Shown here piece by piece: positions 55,146 through 62,318 of a stretch of DNA of 64,000 nucleotides. The translations under genes were made by a program, and so were the position numbers. The stretch is taken from IMG/VR virus record IMGVR_UViG_3300020438_000007, positions 166,740-230,739 of that record; one strand, 5' to 3'. How positions within the stretch are numbered: position 1 is the first letter of the stretch; every line of letters begins with the position of its first letter. The notes beneath the pieces were generated by a model that saw nothing but the letters and a program-made list of their open reading frames with translations, was not told the DNA's origin and made no database searches.

Positions 55146-55828
55146 TTCTTAAATTTCGATTTAGCAAATCCAAAGGCCATTTTTGTGAGACTCCACAACA
55201 CTGTCATGAAAGGGTATGGATCTCCCTCTGACAGTTCATTAAACATGTACATGTTCAACCGAAATGCAAAGTTTGCCTCAACTATAACATTGTTCTTTTC
55301 CATAAGAGGAAGAGAATCCAATGCAGCACGGTATTTTACCTTAAATTCCTTAGAACTGGGAATATCCTCAAATTCATAGAAATCTAAACCACCATCATAT
55401 AGGTTTAGTGATTTTTGTGCGATATTCTTGAGAATCTGTCCACCAGACAAATCTCCCAAGTATCTTGTGTAGTGGTGACCTACAAGTAGTTCTGGTTCTA
55501 CTTCTTCGATACGAGCAATGTACTGTTTTGCTGCTTCAGAAGGCGATATAATCTCCTTCCAATCAGAACCATAAAAATACTCGCAATCTTTTGCAAGAGT
55601 ATCAACTCTTTTCAGTTCATCAAAGGCAATCGGGGCGATTGCAGGGTGTTCCTTATTTGATTCAATCTCCTTTTCAAGAGCTTGATATACAAAGTAGAAA
55701 TTGGCAATCAGTTTCCTGTAATTCTCCTTACTAATTACACCAGAAAGAAAATTAGAGACAAATCCAGTATTCTCTGCAGCACTGTGAGAGACTTTTGTGC
55801 CTTCTTTGATTTCTTTTGAAAAATTCAT
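55142..55828 (-). CDS. ho1: heme oxygenase
   Basis: KEGT..SH..AENT, HHYTRYLGDLSGGQ, EAN.AF.LN; start MNFSKE after a TAGACA-17-TATAAT promoter. Confidence 0.95.
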   Translation of the reverse strand: MNFSKEIKEGTKVSHSAAENTGFVSNFLSGVISKENYRKLIANFYFVYQALEKEIESNKEHPAIAPIAFDELKRVDTLAKDCEYFYGSDWKEIISPSEAAKQYIARIEEVEPELLVGHHYTRYLGDLSGGQILKNIAQKSLNLYDGGLDFYEFEDIPSSKEFKVKYRAALDSLPLMEKNNVIVEANFAFRLNMYMFNELSEGDPYPFMTVLWSLTKMAFGFAKSKFKK

Positions 55829-55971
55829 AATGTTATTATAGTATATCTCAGTCTTTTTGTCTAGGGGGATGAAGAGATTCATCTATTGCTGGGTGAAAAG
55901 AGTATTCATTATTCCATTTGAACCCAGTATTGTTCATTTCTTGTTTTTTGGGTTTTATACCCAATAGTCTC

Positions 55972-56442
55972 TTAATTTTGTTTAGCATCGAGATAATCCA
56001 CAAATAAAATACCTTCTAAATGGTCAATTTCATGCTGAACCACTCTGGCAGCAATACCATCTAGTTTCCATTTCTTATATTTACCATCTTTATTTTGGAA
56101 GGTTATTTTTATTGACTTAGATCGTGATACTTCTCCATTTGTGTCGGGAACACTCAAACATCCTTCATCAAATAATACTTTTTCTTCGCTTTTCCAAGTT
56201 ATCTTGGGATTTACCATCAAATGAGCATACCTACCATGTTCTTCTGTCGTCTCATCTACCAATATCACTCTTTTATTAATTCCTATCTGTGGTGCTGCCA
56301 AACCAATACCATCCGCTTCCCACATAGCATCACACATGTCTGTATAGAGTTCTGCTATTTCTTTTTTATCAAAGACGACTTCCTCAGAAGTAACTCTGAG
56401 GCATCTATCTCCAATAGTTTTAATCTTCTTCGGGGAAGTCAT
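55972..56442 (-). CDS. def: peptide deformylase (C-terminally short phage type)
   Basis: GIGLAAPQIG, EGCLSVP, QHEIDHLEG. Confidence 0.97.
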   Translation of the reverse strand: MTSPKKIKTIGDRCLRVTSEEVVFDKKEIAELYTDMCDAMWEADGIGLAAPQIGINKRVILVDETTEEHGRYAHLMVNPKITWKSEEKVLFDEGCLSVPDTNGEVSRSKSIKITFQNKDGKYKKWKLDGIAARVVQHEIDHLEGILFVDYLDAKQN

Positions 56443-56556
56443 AAGGTCCGTTTAATTTACGTTCTAGTTCTCTTTCATCCAAGATATCGTTAATGAGTTG
56501 TCTTAACTCAAGTCGAAGTTGAGGATGAAGGTAAGGATATTGATATTCTTCTTTTT

Positions 56557-56865
56557 TCATAGTCCATTCCAAAATGTATCGGTAGGTGATGCCATGTTTC
56601 TTGAGATGAAGTACAGACCTATGTTACATAGGAACCAATAGATGTTAACCATCCATGCCTGTCTGAAACAATACTTCCTGTTGACCTCTGCGATGTACTG
56701 ATTTCTCTCGTTTACCTCCGCAAAATCAGATAAAGGTCTTGCTTTTAACCATTGTTCTAATAAGAATGAAATAACAGTGCCGATCGCAAAGACATAGAAT
56801 AGCAGGTTCAGTAAACCTGCGATTGTGAATAAAAAACTAATCATCGTGGTCATCAAATGGGTCAT
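56557..56865 (-). CDS. hypothetical membrane protein
   Basis: Two hydrophobic segments; start probably MISFLF. Confidence 0.65.
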   Translation of the reverse strand: MTHLMTTMISFLFTIAGLLNLLFYVFAIGTVISFLLEQWLKARPLSDFAEVNERNQYIAEVNRKYCFRQAWMVNIYWFLCNIGLYFISRNMASPTDTFWNGL

Positions 56866-56983
56866 CTAATCCTTCGTTTGCAAAGAATCCTCTGTAAATG
56901 CCATAAAATATGAACAATACAGTGATAACTGCAATTGAGATGGGTAATGTAAATTCTGGGTCAAATGTGTAATGGGAAATCAT
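56837..56983 (-). CDS. psbN: PsbN-like photosystem II assembly peptide (48 aa)
   Basis: Manually translated MISHYTFDPEFTLPISIAVITVLFIFYGIYRGFFANEGLDDPFDDHDD; single TM followed by L.DPF..H.D PsbN tail; absent from the ORF track. Confidence 0.75.
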   Translation of the reverse strand: MISHYTFDPEFTLPISIAVITVLFIFYGIYRGFFANEGLDDPFDDHDD

Positions 56984-57228
56984 CATCTTCTACTAATAAA
57001 AACGTCGCCTTCGCCATCATCATCTTCATCTCTTCGAGGATTGAAGACTAATAACTGTTCTCCAGACTCTACATCTCGCATTTCTGGATGTAAATCTGAT
57101 CTCTTGGTTCTTGTTGGTTTGTTCATTTCATCAAATGTCGCAGTCATGGTTTTAAACATAAATGCAAATGTTGCCCCCAATAAAGCGACAAAAAAGGTCA
57201 AATACAAAAATATCATGAAATCGTTCAT
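56983..57228 (-). CDS. DUF2973-like small membrane protein
   Basis: TM segment followed by HPEM...EQLLVF. Confidence 0.65.
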   Translation of the reverse strand: MNDFMIFLYLTFFVALLGATFAFMFKTMTATFDEMNKPTRTKRSDLHPEMRDVESGEQLLVFNPRRDEDDDGEGDVFISRR

Positions 57229-57557
57229 CTGTTGAATAACTTTTGGATGGGAACTTGCCTCACTCTATCTATAACGTCATTTTCGACTCTATCTACGATC
57301 CTGTCCAATAAACCAATATCAATCTGCATGAATGGCGGAATGATACCCAATAAACGGAGTAATCCATCTACAAATAAAGCAAGAGTTGTAAATCCAAGGA
57401 TCATACTGAGGACAGTTGCATCACGATTATGTTTTGCCATTGATGCTTCATCAATCTTCCTTGCCTCGCCTATGGCATATTTGATGAGTTCATCAACCTC
57501 TTCTTTTGTGTATGTATCCCTTTTTGGTTTATATACGTCTGAAATAGGTAAATCCAT
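57225..57557 (-). CDS. conserved cyanobacterial/cyanophage membrane protein
   Basis: IDEASMAKHNRDAT.LSMILGF..LALFVDGLLR.LGIIPPFM; start MDLP at 57557. Confidence 0.8.
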   Translation of the reverse strand: MDLPISDVYKPKRDTYTKEEVDELIKYAIGEARKIDEASMAKHNRDATVLSMILGFTTLALFVDGLLRLLGIIPPFMQIDIGLLDRIVDRVENDVIDRVRQVPIQKLFNR

Positions 57558-57559
57558 AA

Positions 57560-57628
57560 GCTGACCCTGTAGGACAGAAAAATACCCGAATTTTTTTACC
57601 AGCTTTTTAGGCTTTGAAAGCTGATTTT
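57560..57628 (-). repeat. intergenic structured element, copy A
   Basis: AAAATCAGCTTT-loop-AAAGCTGG-A7-TCGG...AGGGTCAGC; related copy at 60932-61000. Confidence 0.7.
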
Positions 57629-57636
57629 CGTTTTGG

Positions 57637-57906
57637 TTAGTATCTATCTGGAATTTTGTCATAACTTTTGGAGTAGTCTGAGGGTTTCGCTTGTCGGATA
57701 CATCCAACAGCTTTTTCAAAACAAACTGAATTGAATTTGCCGTCTACTCCGATCAAAGTTATCTTAGTATGCTGAGAATGAATCTCAACTTCTTCTACTA
57801 AGTATGTATTTCCTTCGATAAGTTTAAGTTGAGGATCATCATTGTTCCCCCACCTAACTTGCTCAGGTGTACAACCCAAAAATCTGACTTGATCTCCTAT
57901 TTTCAT
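57637..57906 (-). CDS. conserved phage hypothetical (EQVRWGNNDDP...Y.V..VE.HSQHTKI.L.G..GKFNSVCF)
   Basis: 89-aa ORF. Confidence 0.8.
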   Translation of the reverse strand: MKIGDQVRFLGCTPEQVRWGNNDDPQLKLIEGNTYLVEEVEIHSQHTKITLIGVDGKFNSVCFEKAVGCIRQAKPSDYSKSYDKIPDRY

Positions 57907-57989
57907 AGTCCTCTATGTGGATCATAATATAAAAGTGTCCATGCAATGTAAATGGTTGCTAGGACACTGGGAATTAGTAATAAAGGCAT
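57903..57989 (-). CDS. 28-aa single-TM micropeptide
   Basis: Manually translated MPLLLIPSVLATIYIAWTLLYYDPHRGL; ATGA overlap with the next gene. Confidence 0.45.
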   Translation of the reverse strand: MPLLLIPSVLATIYIAWTLLYYDPHRGL

Positions 57990-58006
57990 TGTAATGCAAT
58001 GGTTAA

Positions 58007-58156
58007 TTAAATTATATCGGAATCTTGATCTTCTGTCAAGGGAAGTCCGAGTGTTTTTATGTTTAAAAGTTCTTGGAGAAATTTTATCTCCGCTTTTAGT
58101 TTCTGGTTTTCTTCTTCTAAGAAGTCGCAGTGCTCTGCGTAAATGTGAATACTCAT
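58007..58156 (-). CDS. 49-aa coiled-coil peptide
   Basis: Manually translated. Confidence 0.5.
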   Translation of the reverse strand: MSIHIYAEHCDFLEEENQKLKAEIKFLQELLNIKTLGLPLTEDQDSDII

Positions 58157-58164
58157 AAATGCGA

Positions 58165-58188
58165 AGAGACCCCCTTTCGGAGGTCTCT
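58165..58188 (-). terminator. GAAA-tetraloop hairpin, probable terminator or processing stem
   Basis: AGAGACCTCC-GAAA-GGGGGTCTCT; weak U-tract. Confidence 0.5.
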
Positions 58189-58211
58189 GAGTTTAGTTCA
58201 TTGGTTTGGAA

Positions 58212-58373
58212 TTACCGTAAGATTTCTGTACATACTTTTCGACAGTAATTGTCCGTACAATCTATCATACAGGCAAAGTATTCGTCGATTAAGTCGTCCT
58301 GAGAAAATTCAGGATTTGTATCTTCGTGATGAATCCATTCTGCCATTTGATTGCGTGACATTCGGGTTCTCAT
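58212..58373 (-). CDS. 53-aa peptide with four Cys (DEYFACMIDC...C..VC)
   Basis: Manually translated; GAGGAG SD; TATAAATA at 58455-58462. Confidence 0.65.
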   Translation of the reverse strand: MRTRMSRNQMAEWIHHEDTNPEFSQDDLIDEYFACMIDCTDNYCRKVCTEILR

Positions 58374-58657
58374 AAATTTCTTCTCCTCTGAATTGTGATT
58401 TACATAACGAAGTTTTTCAGCATCACTTCATTTTGTCCGTCCTAATTCTACCAGTATTTATAGAGCAATTCCCGATTTTTGTGTTGAAGTTCACACACTG
58501 TAATGGCGTATTTTTACCCACGCATTAATACTTACCTTCCTTTATATACATCATAATCAAGAAGGCCGCACTGGTGGCAACCGTTATCGACAATGCAATG
58601 ATTGCCGTATGTACTATGTTCACAAAATTTACTTAACATAACGTAATATTTATACCA

Positions 58658-58828
58658 TCAATCATCTTCCGTGTATGCTGATGGATTTTTCCTGAGAAAT
58701 TGCTTGCAATGTCCATGAACATCTATCTCCTGTTCCAAGTGTGCCTTAGTATGCACAACTTCAATGAATCCTATAATTAATAGTAAAAACACTGGTGCAA
58801 ACCAGAGTGGATTAGAAAGTATTTTCAT
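58658..58828 (-). CDS. 56-aa TM + His-rich peptide (IEVVHTKAHL...DVHGHC)
   Basis: Manually translated. Confidence 0.6.
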   Translation of the reverse strand: MKILSNPLWFAPVFLLLIIGFIEVVHTKAHLEQEIDVHGHCKQFLRKNPSAYTEDD

Positions 58829-58832
58829 TCAT

Positions 58833-58862
58833 AAAAAAAAACCTCTACAATATGTAGAGGTT
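58833..58862 (-). terminator. intrinsic terminator after the DUF4278 gene
   Basis: AACCTCTACA-T-ATTGTAGAGGT hairpin followed by a U-run. Confidence 0.8.
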
Positions 58863-58892
58863 AACGACAAGTAGATGTTTGTCAACTACTGA

Positions 58893-59036
58893 TCAGCTCT
58901 TAGATGCGAACTTGCGTTCCACCTTGACACCACGATACATTAGATCGTGACGTTGCTTCTTAGCAGCTTCTTCGAGTACCTTTGCATTGTACTCGGCAGA
59001 GTCATAAGAGACTCCTCTGTATGTGACTTGTGCCAT
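58893..59036 (-). CDS. DUF4278-family peptide (47 aa)
   Basis: MAQVTYRGVSY...LMYRGVKV (repeated L.YRG motif); AGGAG SD at 59045-59049. Confidence 0.85.
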   Translation of the reverse strand: MAQVTYRGVSYDSAEYNAKVLEEAAKKQRHDLMYRGVKVERKFASKS

Positions 59037-59073
59037 CGGTTTTACTCCTGTAAGTAGTAGGGGGGTTTTAAAT

Positions 59074-59257
59074 CCCGTTCCTTCAGTCGTCATTTGCGTC
59101 CCAGCACCCAGGCGTTGACTCTTGCATAACAAGAATCAGTTCCGCCTTCTCGTTCTCACTTAACGTGTTGTTCCTAAGTATTCGATCAGTAATGTCGAAT
59201 GCTTGAGAACACTCAAGTGAAGTATAGAGTAACAAGAGAGGTATCATGGGATGAACG
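59074..59257 (-). promoter_or_regulatory. glutamine-II (Downstream-peptide) riboswitch copy 2, with a ~150-nt ORF-bearing insertion in P2
   Basis: CGTTCATCCCA...TGGGACGCAAATGACGACTGAAGGAACGGG upstream of DUF4278. Confidence 0.75.
59083..59247 (-). CDS. 54-aa ORF nested in the riboswitch (MIPLLLLYTSLECSQ...STPGCWDANDD)
   Basis: Manually translated, 55 codons, no internal stop; two Cys; hydrophobic N-terminus. Confidence 0.65.
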   Translation of the reverse strand: MIPLLLLYTSLECSQAFDITDRILRNNTLSENEKAELILVMQESTPGCWDANDD

Positions 59258-59259
59258 AT

Positions 59260-59321
59260 CCGTTCCGTGTCGGCTTACTTGCGTCCCCTCATTCTGCCAA
59301 AGGCAACTTGGGGGATGAACG
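59260..59321 (-). promoter_or_regulatory. glutamine-II (Downstream-peptide) riboswitch copy 1
   Basis: CGTTCATCCCC...GGGGACGCAAGTAAGCCGACACGGAACGG. Confidence 0.75.
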
Positions 59322-59330
59322 TGTGTGTTA

Positions 59331-59359
59331 ATTATAACACAATGCAATTATTTATGCAA
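59331..59359 (-). promoter_or_regulatory. sigma70 promoter TTGCAT-17-TATAAT with an overlapping late TAAATA
   Basis: Hexamers 59354-59359 and 59331-59336; TAAATA 59349-59354. Confidence 0.8.
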
Positions 59360-59395
59360 GTTTTTTGCAGCAATAGCGTGTGTATTGTTACAATT

Positions 59396-60931
59396 TTATG
59401 AAGATTTAACATTGTCACCTAGTACTAGAGTGTCTAGACCAGTCTCATAAAATAGTTCCAAGGCATCCCCAAACCTTCCAGCTATGGGTTTACCACCATT
59501 ATTTAGGGAAGTATTGAGCAAGACAGGTGATCCAGTCAACTTCTCAAACTCCTGTAGTAGACTGTAATAATCTTCTTGAGATTCATTTACTGTGTTGATT
59601 CTACATGTACCATCTACATGTGTGATTGTAGGATATCTGTCTGGTTCTAACACATCAGTCACATATAACATGTATGGACTGGGACCATTCCAGTAGAAAT
59701 TTTCACTTACCTTCTCTTCTAAAACAGAGGCACCGAATGGTCTGAATGGTTCTCTATGTTTAACCTTATTATTAATAAAGTCTTTCCCATGAGGATCAAA
59801 AGGATTCATAAGTATACTTCTATTACCTAATGCTCTAGGACCTATCTCACCATGTCCTTGATACCAACCAACAATCTCACCCTTGGCGAGTCTTTCTGCG
59901 GTCTCCTTGATAGTTTTGGTAGAAGGTCTATCAATAGGAGCCTGATCATCTTGCATAAAGGGGAATCCTTCTGTGGGGAGTGGCATCATATTGTGTTCCC
60001 TTCTTAGAAACTCTATTGCACCAAGACTCAATCCCTGATCGTATGCGTGTGGTGGTATAACAAGATTAGGTATGGCATCTTTCAATACCTTATTAATAAT
60101 AGTATTCTGTGCCACACCACCAGAGTACCCAACAATATCATCTGGTTTAACAAACTCTAGAAAATGTTTTAGATATATCTGTTCTGTATATTCATGTGCT
60201 GTATGAATATAATCCATGATGTATTGTTGATCGTGAAGATTATGATCTATTACATCAAAATTCCATAGTTTTTCTAGATCATCTATACCAATACCCTTAG
60301 CAGATATATCTGGATCATGTTTACCAAACGCTTTCAGAGCCATGATCTTCCCTGCCTGATCTAGGTAATGACCACCCATCTGTAAGGCAGCACCCATCCT
60401 AGTCATAATGAATCCAAGACTAGGAGAACCCTGTTGACTTGGAAATATACCTACTGTCTTGCCATGATCTATAAGTTTATCATCTCTCCATACACTACGA
60501 TACATCCAATCATCACCGAATCCATCAAAGACGAAGTGAAGATTGGGTTTGACCTTCATAGGCCAGAAACTTAATGTATGTGCATAGTGATGATCTATCC
60601 TGTGAATAGGGCATCTAAATCCTAAGTCTTTGAAAAAAGGTATATCTACTACTTCTGATATCTCTTGGGAATTTATAGAGAAGGATGTATGTACGACACC
60701 CATCCTTTCATATTCAGTTCCAGCACAGTCCATGATGATGCAGACACCATCAATAAACCAAGGTTGGATATTCCAATCCTCAAGTATTCTTGTCCATTGA
60801 TATACTCCGTTCTCAAAACCTACATGCTTACATTGATAGTCTCTTTCAAAAGATCTATATCTGACAGTCTCTCCGTCATAGTAAGTTACGTTTGCGTCAT
60901 GAGAGTCTAGTCTTAGACCTAATAATTTCAT
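59396..60931 (-). CDS. carbamoyltransferase (NodU/CmcH/TobZ family)
   Basis: HD.N, DHHYAH, DG.GD, GK.MAL, SGGVAQN, EIGPRALGNRSIL, REPFRPF, HVDGT.R, LLNTSLN. Confidence 0.95.
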   Translation of the reverse strand: MKLLGLRLDSHDANVTYYDGETVRYRSFERDYQCKHVGFENGVYQWTRILEDWNIQPWFIDGVCIIMDCAGTEYERMGVVHTSFSINSQEISEVVDIPFFKDLGFRCPIHRIDHHYAHTLSFWPMKVKPNLHFVFDGFGDDWMYRSVWRDDKLIDHGKTVGIFPSQQGSPSLGFIMTRMGAALQMGGHYLDQAGKIMALKAFGKHDPDISAKGIGIDDLEKLWNFDVIDHNLHDQQYIMDYIHTAHEYTEQIYLKHFLEFVKPDDIVGYSGGVAQNTIINKVLKDAIPNLVIPPHAYDQGLSLGAIEFLRREHNMMPLPTEGFPFMQDDQAPIDRPSTKTIKETAERLAKGEIVGWYQGHGEIGPRALGNRSILMNPFDPHGKDFINNKVKHREPFRPFGASVLEEKVSENFYWNGPSPYMLYVTDVLEPDRYPTITHVDGTCRINTVNESQEDYYSLLQEFEKLTGSPVLLNTSLNNGGKPIAGRFGDALELFYETGLDTLVLGDNVKSS

Positions 60932-61000
60932 GCTGACCCTACGGTTCAAATTTTTATCCGAGTTTTTTTCCCAGCTTTTTGTGTTTTAAAAGCTGATTTT
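60932..61000 (-). repeat. intergenic structured element, copy B
   Basis: AAAATCAGCTTTT-loop-AAAAGCTGG-A7-CTCGG...AGGGTCAGC-ATG. Confidence 0.7.
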
Positions 61001-61253
61001 ACATGCCAGGTGGCATCGAAGGATCATTCATAGGCATACCAGAACCAGGCATATTATATCCCTGACCCATTCCACCCATGCCAGGAGGTCCTCCCTGTTG
61101 TCCTCCACCACCAAACTGACGGTTGACTCCGCCTGGTTGCATCTTCTCAAACCCATGTTCAACTCTATGAGATTCTACAGTTTGTTTAATTGTTTCCAAT
61201 TCTTTCTGTAGATCCTTTAACTTATAGAGGATCAAATCAATCTTATCTTCCAT
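60999..61253 (-). CDS. coiled-coil + G/P/M-rich low-complexity protein
   Basis: 84-aa ORF. Confidence 0.7.
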   Translation of the reverse strand: MEDKIDLILYKLKDLQKELETIKQTVESHRVEHGFEKMQPGGVNRQFGGGGQQGGPPGMGGMGQGYNMPGSGMPMNDPSMPPGM

Positions 61254-61452
61254 GTTGAGACCTATTTTTTATAATGATACAGTTGTTTGCATAGTCAGGA
61301 GTAAACTCTAAGACATCATCAGATGGCCAATCCAACTCTTCATAGAGAGCATTGAGTCTGTCCATGTCTTCCCAAAGGTCATTAACATGTTCCGTGGGAG
61401 ATCGTTTAAACCAATCGTCTCCACACTCCTCTGGTTCTAAGTTTCCGTGCAT
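61243..61452 (-). CDS. conserved cyanophage hypothetical (LWEDM.RLNALYEEL.W)
   Basis: 69-aa ORF. Confidence 0.75.
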   Translation of the reverse strand: MHGNLEPEECGDDWFKRSPTEHVNDLWEDMDRLNALYEELDWPSDDVLEFTPDYANNCIIIKNRSQHGR

Positions 61453-61454
61453 TG

Positions 61455-61670
61455 TTATCTTCCTAAGAAATAATGATTGATTACTTCAATTTTCTCATGT
61501 GCTTGAGCAACAGCAGCAATCTCGCCATCTACTGCTGCCATGATATCAGAGTGTTCACCAATACCTACAGGTGAGTTGAGATAGACCTCAACATTCTGTC
61601 GATGTTTGGCGATTAATCCTTCATAATAACGGATTTGTGACTTTAAAATGTCATCACGCAAGTTAACCAT
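61455..61670 (-). CDS. conserved hypothetical (NVEVYL.SPVGIGEHSDI)
   Basis: 71-aa ORF. Confidence 0.8.
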   Translation of the reverse strand: MVNLRDDILKSQIRYYEGLIAKHRQNVEVYLNSPVGIGEHSDIMAAVDGEIAAVAQAHEKIEVINHYFLGR

Positions 61671-61671
61671 A

Positions 61672-61908
61672 TTAAACTAGTTTGTATTCTTGTAGGTATT
61701 TAACAGTTTCTGCTGCGCCACCAATGGTGAGGTCATCAACTGATACTTGAGGGAATGTAGATCCCTCACCAAACTGGGAAATGAATTCATTCTTGTCGAA
61801 GTCTTCGTCAAGTTTATATTCTACGAAGTTTAGTTCAGCTAATTGTAACACAGAAATAACTTTTTTGCAATGACCACATCCCAATTTTGAGTAAACGGTA
61901 AAATTCAT
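61672..61908 (-). CDS. glutaredoxin
   Basis: CGHC, TFPQV, IGGA.E. Confidence 0.9.
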   Translation of the reverse strand: MNFTVYSKLGCGHCKKVISVLQLAELNFVEYKLDEDFDKNEFISQFGEGSTFPQVSVDDLTIGGAAETVKYLQEYKLV

Positions 61909-62129
61909 TTTGCCTCGTGTGTTTGAAACCACTCTTTGAGTGAAATTTGATAACCAGACTCTCGACTAGGAGGTTCTTTTATTCCTTTGATCTGCTTCCA
62001 TTTATTGTGCAACGCACCCAGTTCCCATGCTTGAGACAAACTTCGAGGTCCGTTCTCTAGGAGTTCAAGATGACGTTTGTTATTACAATAGTTGTCAGCG
62101 TAATCCTTTCGCCAGGATGTATCGATCAA
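61905..62129 (-). CDS. conserved cyanophage hypothetical (LENGPRSLSQAW)
   Basis: 74-aa ORF. Confidence 0.75.
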   Translation of the reverse strand: MIDTSWRKDYADNYCNNKRHLELLENGPRSLSQAWELGALHNKWKQIKGIKEPPSRESGYQISLKEWFQTHEAK

Positions 62130-62318
62130 AGAAGTATCGCTCCGATTACAAACCCCTTAGCGAAGGCAATACATGTGATTTGATAGTCTGTTAGATTAAA
62201 TTTCTTTTGAAACTTCTTAATAAGTTTCTTATCCCATTCAACTACTTTATCGAAAGCTCCTTTTGCTTTATGTTTGAAACAACTCATGCTGTATATTAAA
62301 AAAACTATTTAGATTATA

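Noticed and set aside
59037-59132. N-terminal extension of the DUF4278 ORF (79-aa track call)
   Set aside because: Runs through the riboswitch; an AGGAG SD supports the ATG at 59036.
59379-59392. NtcA-like site (GTA-N8-CAC) upstream of the riboswitch promoter
   Set aside because: One mismatch in the core, and such sequence is expected by chance in AT-rich DNA.
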